Source: Trichinella spiralis (Eukaryota). From it: a stretch of DNA of 64,000 nt. The notes below the pieces were generated by a model. It did no database searches. It had not been told where the DNA came from and saw only the letters and a list, made by a program, of their open reading frames with translations. This document shows, one piece after another, positions 50,119 through 61,448 of the stretch. Location of the stretch: positions 1,653,469-1,717,468 of the forward strand of contig NW_003526941.1 of assembly GCF_000181795.1 (NCBI RefSeq), written 5' to 3'. Numbering within the stretch: the first letter of the stretch is position 1; each line of letters starts with the position of its first letter. Position numbers and translations under genes: made by a program.

Positions 50119-53100
50119 ATGGTGAGCAACCTGTTTTACATTTAGTTTATTGTGCCAGTTGATTATTTGAATTCATGTTTTCAGGGAAATGAAATTTCGC
50201 TGCCCGTTGAAATGTGCTCAAACTGTAAGTAGATTGATGTTTATTTTTGCATATGTATGTATGTATATAAGTGTGTAATATATTCAGTCGTTATTAGTTA
50301 AATGAGAAAACCCTTGAGTTTCGTTTGAGCATAGTAGAATTGCACTTAAAAATTAAAAAGTATAGAGAGAGAGAGAAAAAAAACAACCTCAACTGATGAT
50401 GAGTGAAATTATAAATTTGCTGAAGTGCGATACGTTACGGAGATGAAATTTGAAAATAAATAAAATGCCTGACGAAAAGCAGCCGTCGGTTGTCAAATCG
50501 GTTAGGCATTCGTTGATTGCTTTGTTGGCTCTTTCAGTTTGGCTCGTTTTCGTTTACCTTTGCAAATTAAAGCTAGCTGCTGCTAGCTAGCTAGCTAGCT
50601 AGCTTGCTTCGTCATTGTTGCCTTACGGCTAGGCGAGAATAGAAATAAGCTGAACGCGAAAATGCGATCGATATTTATCGATGATTTGTGTGTATGTGTG
50701 TGTGTGTGTGTGTGTGCTTCTTCTGAGCTATAGGCGCGGCGACCAGGTGGCTCGTATCGGTGACACGTGACTTCATCATTAGCAGATATTGTAGGAAATT
50801 AAAAACTACGCCGAAGCTGTTTTAGAAGCAGGAACGTGCGCCAGCGGCTTTTGCTTGTTTGTGGTGGCGCAAGTTTGATTTTTATCGTCTGCACATCATC
50901 ATCATCATAGTCTTCGTCGTCGTCTTCAGCCAGTTGATTTCTATCGAAAACTAACTGCTCTGAAGCTGAAATAAATAAATTTAATAAGTAAATAAATAAG
51001 TAAATAAGTGAATAAATAAAAGGCAATAAATAAAGAAACAAATAAAACATCGCCACAGAGGGAGGAATCATTTCTGTCTTGGTGTGCGTGCGCTTGTGTG
51101 CTGGTTGGTTTCTAGCAGCTAGCTTTATTTGAACTTGTGGATCCAATGCAAAACGCACAAGAAAAACTCCAAATTATCTGTAAGTTATGTTCTTTTTCTT
51201 GCTTTGTTCATTTTATTAAGCATACGCTGATTAAAAAAGATTAAATAAGTAAATTTACATATGGGTATTTTGAAATGTATCAAAATGTTAGAAATTTTTT
51301 AAACGTGTTTTTTGTTCAATTTTACAGTTTTGCGTGATTAATTCTTTTGTAAAACTGGAAAATACGGTAGCGCTTCTTTTTAAATAATCAAGTTCTAGTC
51401 TTTTCTGTTTTTCAACTTTTTAAAAATCATAATTCTTTTCGATTGTACTGTTTGTAAATTTGAAAAAAAGAGTTAAAATTGTGATTTTTTTAGTTTATAA
51501 ATTATTGTAGTTTATGAGGTTGATAATTTTGACAGTGACAGTTGAGTCGTATTTTTTACATTTGTATTAGCAGGGAATATTCAGTTTGCTTATGCAGAAT
51601 TAATTCATTGTTGAGTTGAGATTTATGTCAAATGTATATTGAGGGTGAAGCTTGTAGAAGGCGAACTAACTGCTATCTATACTGCGCAAACATAGATTGA
51701 AACTATCAGTATGAATTTTTGTTAATTAAATTTATTTTCTTATTGTTCGATGATTGTGTTTGCTTTCTTTTATTGATAATAAATGGAATTTTCCACGCAC
51801 ACAATTTCTAAGCGTTGCTAAAAATTCACGTTGGTCGAATTAATGAAAAAGAAATAAGTATCCGTAAATAATGAATATAATTATATAGCATTGCAGTGCA
51901 ATTTGATGTGTTGTTCTTCAGTCGACTTCAGTGAAAACTTTCGGTTGGTTTATTGTGGAAGGCAATTAACGCGTCGTTGTGTGCATTTATAAATTGATTT
52001 TGCAGTGAAGAGGAAAAGAAAAATTGTAGAAAATGAAATAGACACTTTTCATAAACTGAAACTCCATAGCATTTTTAAATATTAATTCTAACTGGTGAAC
52101 TAACAAGCATAACAAACTGTTACAAATAATGAAAAAGTGAAAGGAGATGATTTGTATTCAGTTATAATTTAACGCAACGTTACGTTTTACTAAATTTATT
52201 CAAAGGTAAAAAATGAATGGACGTCAGCAGAGGCATAATATTATTTTAATTGATATCAGTTTGCATGTCAAATGTTTGCAGTTGGAAAAGAACAAATGCA
52301 TACTTTTGGAACGCATCAGTGGTTTTTAGTTTTTCAGATTTTGCGTGCTTTAAACTATTTTAAAAATGTTTGAGTCAAATCTATTTTTAGCTGATATATG
52401 AATAAAAGTGTTGTATATGTAATGGTTGGAATTTCATTTATGCGGAGCGAAGAGGGATGGGCAGGTGGGGTTTGTACAATTTTTGCGATAGCCCTTTGTT
52501 GATGGTGAAAATTGATTTCCAACGTGACAGCTTTAGTTTAATTAGAATTTATTGAAATGGACCTTATTCGTATATTTATTTGATAATAACTATAAAAAAG
52601 CATTTTTCAAATGATCTTATTCAGCTAGTTGTACGCGTGTGTGTGTGTGTGTGTATGTACGTATTTATGTGTAGTGTTTTGGTCTCTTATTCGACAATTG
52701 AGAATGGTTTTGTTAAATTGCTTTTTTTGTTTTTGCTTTGCTTTTGCTTACTGACAGGCGACGGCATGGGATTTACAAGGGCTGAATGGTGTGCACTTGA
52801 GCAAATGTGATATCGATGAAGCGAAAGCTTGGTCGTAGATCGATTTGATAATTATATAGTTATTTTATTCTCAACTGTTTTCGTTTTTTGCATTCTTTTT
52901 GAATATCTTCCTGTTTTGTACGTGATGTATTGTTCTGACTTTTTCTAACGTTTCACATTTTTAATATGGGAAATTTGAGATACGGTCAGCTTGCTGCCAC
53001 TGTGTATTTTACGGGCATGTGAAGAAGGAGCAGCAGCTCTAGCTCAGAGTCGGTGTGTGTAGAGACGTATTATACTTCAGCAAAAGTATATCGATTGGAC

Positions 53101-55572
53101 AAAAAATCAATTATGTCGTCAAGCAAACTAATTTTCCATGTTCATTATTATTATTATTATTATGCAATATTGGATAGCGGTTTTTGTTACCTTCAGTTGA
53201 AGTTCTTTTACTTGAACGAAAATGAATCATCCAAGTACAGAAATATTTTCAAAGGCTGGACGGTTGGTTGATTTTAATTTCACCACCAGATCCGTATACG
53301 TACATAGTAGATAGAGAGTTAGCTGAAGCTTTGTCCAGTTTTACATGTTGTTGTTGCTGATGTGTTGGTGCTGTGGTTTGTTGTCGTTGTTATTGTCAAG
53401 CTTCTGTTTGTAAAGCCCAAAATACAATCTTGTTTTTCCACAATTAACTGAATAACTTGTCAGCTGTCATTTTGTTGAGTTTCATGTTTTGCAGACCGGG
53501 TTCTTGTTTCGTTTTATTATTAGTATTATTATTAATTTTGTTTTAAGTTTAAGTTTAAATGCTGCATTTGCTTTCATTTCATGCGTGAATAAATTCTTCA
53601 TCCTTGCGCCGAGTTGTTTCTCCTTTTTCCAGTACTTTAAAGCCTAGCAGAACTTGTAAAATAATTATAATAATAAAGTGCAAATTTTGCCCATAAAAAA
53701 TATTTTACTGAACACGCAATGACTGACAATGACAACGTTGCAACGGGTAAAGCGACGACAGTGTTCTTTTTACTTAGTTGTTTTTATCCTTTTTTGAAAT
53801 TTCCAATCTTTCATATTCTGAAATGAATGATATGATAATTTTGAATTTTTTTTCAGTCGACACAGAAGAGATTCGACGCTTGGCCAGGCGTTTCAAAAAG
53901 CTCGACTTGGACGGTAGTGGCGCGCTGAGCGTTGAAGAATTCATGTCGCTACCCGAGTTGCAGCAGAATCCGCTTGTTCAGCGGGTGATTGATATTTTCG
54001 ACACCGATGGAAATGGAGAAGTGGATTTCAAAGGTAATTGCGAATATATTTTCATATTTTATTTTCAAATTTTGTTATTTGTTCAATTTGTTGCAGAATT
54101 CATCCAGGGAATATCGCAGTTCAGCGTCAAAGGGGCTAAGCAGACCAAATTGAAATGTAAGTTCTATATGTTGGTATTTATAAATTTTTAAAAAAATTGC
54201 ATGATCCCAAACCGCATTATTTATTTCATTTCATATTTACGTGTAATATGTTTCCTGTTGTTTTTTTCAACTCATCAATGCATTGTTCACTGTTTGATTG
54301 AGGGTGATAAACTAGCGGTTTTCATTTCCAGGGTGAACGGTCAGTGTTGTCGTTGTTGTGCTTTGTCTAGTAGAATTTTCTAAATTCACTAACATACAAC
54401 GCTTATGATAATAGCAACACGCACTTTAATTGTAATTGTAGTGTTTAATTTCACTTGAAAATAAAAGAATTCCTTGTTAGTTGTAGACAAGTTATTGTTA
54501 ATGAAATTTGTACTTTCAGTTGTTTTTTTGCAATTCAATAAATTTAATCAGTGTAAAAATTAAATAAATAAAATGTGCAATGCATGTTCGATGTCGAGCT
54601 GAGATTGTTTGATGAAATTTGCTTTTTGTTGAAAGCGTTACTCTTGAAATGATGAAATGTCTTTCTTTTCTTATTTATTTGCCTTCAATTCTCTGCGGAA
54701 TGATCAGTGATAAAGCAGAAAATTGGTATTTTGACACACAACCGATATATTCTTTTGGTGTATCTCCCTTGGTACTGTGCAATTGTTTGAATTTATTCAA
54801 TTTCCGCTTATAATTTGTTATTGAGCTAGCTCTCTCAGATCATTCTTCTTTCAATAATAGCTGACGATCTCAGCCAAGTAGAGTTTATTGCTTTATGTTT
54901 GTATGTATATCTTCATAGCTTAATTGAATGCACGCGATTCAAATTTTAATTTATATTGATATTGTTCTCACTGCTTCAAAGAAAAAGCATTGCGATTAGT
55001 TCCTCGACTGTCTATTAATTGCCATATCAGCAAACTAACGAGGAGGCAGTCATTTTATTTATTACCTATTTATTTTTAGTTTACTGTGCTCTCTGCACGT
55101 GCCATTGTGAAAATGCCGTGCAATTTTCTTTCATTATCACAATTTATGTTTATTTTCAGTTGCATTCAAAATATACGACATGGACAGAGATGGGTTCATT
55201 TCCAACGGGGAATTGTTTGAGGTAAGTGTTTGAATATTGGGTTGGGTGTGATTGAAAAAAAAACAGCCAATTGCCTTTCTTTTTCATCTTTTGCTCTTTT
55301 TCATAGGTGCTAAAAATGATGGTTGGAAACAATTTGAAAAATACCCAGTTGCAACAGATTGTCGACAAAACGATTTTATTTCACGACAAAGATGGCGATG
55401 GGAAAATATCGTTTGAGGAATTCTGTGATGTAAGTGTGATTATTTGATTTGATTTGATTTGAATTTTAGCACCGTATAGAAATTTTTTTGACTTGTTGAA
55501 ATGTTAAAAAATTTTTATACTTAGGTTGTCAGTGGGATGGATATTCACGAAAAGATGGTGGTGAATCCTTGA
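50119..55572 (+). CDS. cnb-1: Calcineurin B regulatory subunit (4 EF-hands)
   Basis: ATG-only first coding exon (50119-50121), then 50185-50224 ([13 protein letters not shown]), 53857-54033, 54097-54156, 55160-55221, 55307-55429 and 55525-55572. Motifs [52 protein letters not shown] and [19 protein letters not shown]. Confidence 0.97.
50571..50604. repeat. (AGCT)n self-complementary tetranucleotide microsatellite
   Basis: agctagct...gctagctagctagctagctagct in the large cnb-1 intron; a shorter copy is near 28868-28881. Confidence 0.85.
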
Positions 55573-56080
55573 ACACTGGCACATGAATCACCCCTATTTG
55601 CCTGTATATTTCTTTTATCAAAGGAAAAAAATAATACACCTGTAAAATTTATTGTCATTTTTCGTACTGTTACTATACAAGCAACAGTGCACCATCGCTT
55701 CATTTTGTCAAGCGTTTGGTGGTTCATTTGTTCATGCTTATTACTAGTCAATTTTTTCTTTTTTTCGATTGTGAGTGATTACGCTTCAGGCATCGGCCTT
55801 ATGTAAAATTTGATTGGCTATTTATTCTGAAAAAGGGCCGATGTTTTTTCCGTGTGTTGTTTGGCTCTCCTCTGCTTGCTTGCTCTTTTCAAAGATTCAT
55901 TCGTTCCTTCTGTTCAGTGATGAAAGTAATGTAACAGTTTTTATTTTTACTATTTTCTTGGCACGTTGCAGAGTTTGAGAATGGCTTCCTTTTTTTCCAC
56001 TCGGCGGTCAGGAAGCAATGGCAAAAGAATTCTTATCTGCTGCTGATAATAATAATAATTTTATTACCGAACGGTGAATT

Positions 56081-56677
56081 TTATAATTTTGACAAAACTT
56101 CAAAAGGATTTCGCGATTTCTGTTCACGCGGTAGCAAAGTGTAACCTCTCGGCACGTACGTTTTTGTGCTCCATCGTGAACCTACCCCCCAGACACCACC
56201 TTGAGACATCTCCTCAACGACGCAAAGCACTTGATCCGCTTGAAAATTGTTCAACCGCAGCTTTTTGTGTCGGCCCCATTTGAACCTAAACAATGGTTCG
56301 ATAAAATCGAAAAATTACAATTAACGTCACTGATAGTTTACCGGAGATCGAACTATAAAACGGTAATAGTAAAAAAAATAACTGTAAAATTAAATTCGAA
56401 ATCCATAAGCCGAAATGTGGATAATAATTACGAATGGATGAAAGATGTGCAACAAATAAAAGGTTTCATTTTACCTAGCCCACATCCATGGCTCGATGTC
56501 AAAGCAAGGGCCAACAAAAATTGGCACATCCGGATTATTTTCACGTATAACTGGCAAATATTTATAGATGAATTCTTTTGTGCCCCGGCTACCGTACGAT
56601 TGTGGACAATAATGAATTCGCAAATCAATAAAATGATCACAAAAACGAATCATTCCAGCCGACATACGATTCGCCAT
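56081..56677 (-). CDS. Divergent NDUFA2/CI-B8 paralog (L51/S25/CI-B8 fold) with C-terminal extension
   Basis: Exons 56677-56475 and 56285-56081. Sequence LRIHYCPQSYGSRGTKEFI...NPDVPIFVGPCFDIEPWMWARFKWG...LNNFQADQV, collinear with NDUFA2, and the intron sits at the same position as in the upstream copy. Confidence 0.85.
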
Positions 56678-56852
56678 TTTCTGTTGAACATAAAACAAAA
56701 GGATTATGGTCAAATTCAAAAGCATCACACAAATAAATATGTGCATATATATATATATATATATTTCACTTTGTATAGTGATAGCTTAAATCGATAAAAA
56801 TAGCAAACATTTTAAAAAGTCGATTTATTTTTACAAAATACAATTCATTCTG

Positions 56853-57196
56853 TCAAGTCACACTGTACGAAATCATAGAATTCAGCCTTTTCAAAATTTC
56901 ACTGGCTGGCAAATTTGAGACATTCAAGTCCACTTCACGACCTCGGTCAAATCTGAAATTCAATTTTCAACTGTATATAAACGCTGTTTGTTCACGTTTC
57001 ACAAATACCTAGCCCAAATTTTTGGAACTACGCCGCTGCATTCACGTATTAAAATTGGCAACTTTGGATTTTCTGTCTTCACCGGAACATAATATTCGTT
57101 TATAAAATTTCGCAAACCACTGCTTGCTTCAGAAGTCTGGCACAGATGTAGTCGCAGTTCTTTCAAAGCGACTGGAAAACGAGTAATTTTTGCCAT
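56853..57196 (-). CDS. NDUFA2: NADH:ubiquinone oxidoreductase subunit A2 (B8)
   Basis: Exons 57196-57009 and 56952-56853. Sequence [22 protein letters not shown]...[27 protein letters not shown]. Confidence 0.93.
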
Positions 57197-57984
57197 TTCA
57201 CTTTCAAAAGGTAAATATTTATAGCATACAGTAAGAAAAGTTTATCAATATACTGTAATGCATGTTAAGATGTTTTTTACACTTTGAAAGTTTGTTTTTT
57301 CTGTTAATTTCATTAGAATTATATTCGAAAATAATTTATAAGCATAGTTTACAATTATTAATTTTTAATTAGGAACTTAATTAAACATCTTATCTTTTCT
57401 TGATTTGGTGAAGAAGGTATGTGAAGTCAAAATTAAAATGTAATTTAAAATACTTTTGTGACATTTTAATTAGGTTAATATATTTTAAACAATAATATTT
57501 ACAAAATATAATTATTTAATAAATTAAATATAAAGTTTATATTAAAAATTCAATATTCATTCACTCATTTATTTATACTTATTCGTCTGTTTATCATATA
57601 AATCAAAATATTTTTTCATTAGATGCGCACGGTTATTAATAATTTATTTAAAATTTTTTTTTCAAATACTCATATTTAAATGAGATTTTTAATAAAATAT
57701 TACTTGATGTTTATGAAATCGTAATACAGGTGGAATCATAATGATGTACACTTGAAGGTCAATAACGATACTGTACTTACAGTTCTGAACCCGTTATGCG
57801 TTTCTAGTAAATGAATTCTGTCGCATAGGTGTACGTGATAATTAGTTGCAACTGGACAGCATCTGATTGATTGATTGTTACATTTCCAATCTGAAATTGA
57901 AACGCTTATCACCAAAGATTATACAGTCGGTTGGTATTTTAACGGCTGTTGGTGTTTTGTTCGACTTACGGCTACAGTTTCAGC

Positions 57985-60750
57985 ATGGCACAAATAGTGT
58001 CCGTCGGGCCTCCGCAGAAGCCGTCGTCTTCGATTCCTGCGTGGTCAACGTCGAGCGGTGAACGTTCGTCCAGGGCTGTTATTCAGCCGGTTGTTTTTGT
58101 TGATCATCCTTCAATGAACGTACGCATGGATGTGGAGAAAGTGAACGTTCAGCCAGCTGCGTCCGTTGCCGTGCCTTCTCGCTCCAAGTCTCCGGTCTCG
58201 TCGAGCTTACATTCGAGCAGCTTACGCTCACCGCATTCCGATTCCAAGTGGACATCATTTGACGAATCCGAAGAAGAGACCTCTTCGATTGAGTAAGCAG
58301 CAGGCTGTTTTTTTTCTTCTCATTTCAGTTCATTGATTTTTTTTCGTTATTTATTTGATTTTATTTTTCATTTCTAACTATCATCTGTATGTTTGCTTAG
58401 GAATTGTTTGTTGAACAACAGACGTAAATGTACGCTTTTTTTACTCTTTTCAAATTAGTGTTATTTATTTAGTTTAATTTTTATTTTTTGTTTTGTTTTG
58501 CTTAAAATTGTATGACAGAGTTGCAACAGTTGATCAATCAGTTAGAGAATATTTTATATTCAGACATCTGTCGGTGAGTGAGCAACAAGGGTTGCTGCAA
58601 TTGCCTGAGGATGGTACATCAGAAGGCGACGACTCGGTGGAGGAAAGTTTTATTATCACACCGTCGTTGCGTGATTATTATACAGTTTGCTTCAATCAAC
58701 TGCTAGAGAAAACGCAGCGATGCAACACTGGAGCGTTGCGTGGTCAGGATGCTGGCGTTTTTGAATTTTTTCTCAAATCTAAACTGACCCGCTCAGAACT
58801 TGGTCGTATCTGGAAATTAGCTGACGTCAACGAGGATGGCTATTTAAATTTGGATGAATTCTGCGTGGCCATGCATTTGGTCGTTAGAAGAGTAAAAGTA
58901 TGGTTGTTTTTTTTTCATTGAAATTTTATTTATTTTTCCCAGAGTTTGTTTCGAGAGTTGTACTTTAACTGGTCAGTAGTATGAAATTTGCATAGAGGTT
59001 ATTGGATTTTTGTTGTTCAGAACGACCTAAAAAAACAAATTCCCTAACATCTATTGTATTTTATTGTCACGGCTTGTTTGAATTGCAGTATATGATCGAT
59101 GTAAGCAAACACTTGAAGTCTTCAGCAGCATGCTTTTTGTTATTGGCTTGTTCAGTGAGGTGTTTTTTGACAGCAACCACTTTGTGGTAGTGTTCAATTT
59201 CTTTAGTTGGTTTACTGTATTTGAAGCACAGGTACAAATGAGAGGAATTTTTGAATTAAGCAGCCGAAAGATTTTGATATTAAAATGATCTAAGATCTGC
59301 TTTTCAACAGTTATGTGAACACTGTCATTAGTGGAAATGGAAGATGTTTGGGAAAGATTAGGTTTTTTTCAATAATGATGATGAGATTTATAAAGCACGT
59401 TGTTTGAGTGTTTCTTTTTTATATGCACAGTTTTCCGTTGACTTTGAAATGCATGACATGAAGCCTCTTGACGAGTGAGAAGAAGAGAAAATGTGGTTAT
59501 ATTTTGAATGTTGATTGAATGAAATAATTTTGAGTTCAATAAACGAGAAATATAGCAGTCGTTCTACATATTTATTATACGAAGAGTTCCAAAGTTACAT
59601 ATCAGATTGAGAAATAATGCTTTGTCGGAGAATTATCAGTTAATATTTGTTGCAGGGAAACTTCCCTATTCCAGAAAGTTTGCCTCCTTTGTTGGCACTA
59701 ATACCAACCCCACCTCGTAATGCTACTCCAGTTGATGAAGCGATCGACAAACGATGGGCAAAATTTGGTGAACGGGCAGTTGGCTTTGATGAACCATCGA
59801 TACATAGGGTGACCGATGGTCCGGATTCACCGTTTTTAAAAGATTTCACCAACGCATTAATGCTGTCAAATGAACAAGGTTCACGACTTGCTTATCCGGT
59901 TGCATGCCGGGTTTCACCGGACGTAGGTGATCATGGAACGGGAAAATCGTTGCCAAATGCTTGTAGCAAAAAGCCTCATCTTTATCATTATCAACAGCAA
60001 CAGCATTCCGTTAACACTAGTCGAACAGTTGTGATGAGTCCTCAAGCTCCGAAAGGTCCACCTCCAAAACCGCCACCGAGACCGGTTGGCAATAGGCATG
60101 TTCGTTCGGCGTCATTAGATTTGACCAAAAGTAGCAGAGCACCGCCGACCGCGCCAGCGCCGCAGCTACCTCGCGCTTGTTTGCAACGGGACAGCTGCGC
60201 GCAGACCGATCTCAGCGTTGTTATGCCTTCGCAACATCATTCCACGGTATCAGTTTCATCATCAACATATGCTTCTTCTTCTTCTTCTTCAGCGACGACC
60301 ACAGTGACAACTACTGCAACCACGACGACGAAACTTCAGCAACAATCATTGCCTCAACGTGCATCCGCATCCCCAAGCACACGCCACGTTATTGGCTTAC
60401 GGCAACAACCGCTGGCCCCTCCTCCGCCAATTACCGCAGCTTCTACAGCTGCTTTGTGTACCACTATACCGATCGCTGCTGCTGCTACTACCACAACAGC
60501 AACAACAACTATTACTACTACTACTACTACCACCACTGCTGCTGCTGTTGTTACTGCTACCCCATTTCATGGGGGCGATGCGAATGCTTATTCTGGTTCA
60601 TCTACTGAACCAACAGATTGGAAATTCCGTTGTGAACAAATCAGTCAAATGAATGCCACTTTGGAACACGAATTGAAACAGCTGACCGAATATCGAATTG
60701 GCCTAGAGCTGAAGTTGAATCGTATGAAGAAAGCTTTGCGTGAAAAATGA
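57985..60750 (+). CDS. reps-1: EH-domain adaptor, REPS1/REPS2-like
   Basis: Exons 57985-58292, 58564-58897, 59656-60750. EH domain FFLKSKLTRSELGRIWKLADVNEDGYLNLDEFCVAMHLVV; Pro-rich PPPKPPPR; HVRSASLD; C-terminal coiled coil NATLEHELKQLTEYRIGLELKL. Confidence 0.8.
60481..60545 (+). repeat. Coding trinucleotide repeats (poly-Ala/Thr) in the REPS-like gene
   Basis: gct/act/aca runs giving [26 protein letters not shown]. Confidence 0.85.
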
Positions 60751-61448
60751 ATAAGAATTTTCAAATCAAAAGGTTTGTCAGTAGTAATTCTGACATCACG
60801 TACAGGCACACTGTATGTGAGGAGAAGAAGAATGATTAGCGAGGGAGAAATTGATTTTGTCATTGCTGGGTTTTTCTTCTTTTTCGTTCGTTATTATTAT
60901 CATTATTGCGTTTTGCATAATTCATTGTCCATAAAACAAACGCGCCAAATTTTTCACAGTTTATTGTCACGTAGACATTTTTGATGAGTTTCTTTTCTGT
61001 TTGGCTTTGAAAAGCGCGATTTTTCATTCAATTTAACATTCTCTTTGTGTATCAGTAATTGTTTTAATTGGAATTTCTTCATCACTTCTTCCGCCGTACT
61101 TTCTCGTGCATTGCAGATATATATATATGCCGAGCATGCATATTTACATACTGATAAAAAAGTGATTAACTATGATGACTTTGCTATTTTGTTTGATGTC
61201 TTATGCAGTGCATAAACTGAATAAATATTTACACGTATGGACAATAGATGTAGTGCGTTTATCATTCAAATGTATTATATATTGTAGAGTGAATTCAACA
61301 TCATCAGCAAAACACATCGGTGCGAAAAATCAGTTAATCAAAAATGGCAAATACAAGAAGAAAAAGAAAACACTGGTTAAATAACTTATTGTTCAGGTAA
61401 GCATTTATAAGATTTCTTTTAAACAACTTCAATTCACTGGTAAAAAAG

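Noticed and set aside
50393..50472. C/D box snoRNA-like motifs (TGATGA...CTGA) in the cnb-1 intron
   Set aside because: No terminal stem, and the guide regions are low-complexity A-rich with no recognisable rRNA complement.
56201..56797. 198-aa + strand ORF
   Set aside because: Antisense shadow of the NDUFA2 paralog spanning its intron; TTG start and no motifs.
58401..58430. Micro-exon in the REPS-like gene
   Set aside because: Its donors are phase 1 whereas the flanking exons join directly in phase 2.
60177..60652. Alternative-frame poly-Tyr/Cys/Leu/Gln ORFs
   Set aside because: Other frames of the trinucleotide repeats in the REPS-like exon.
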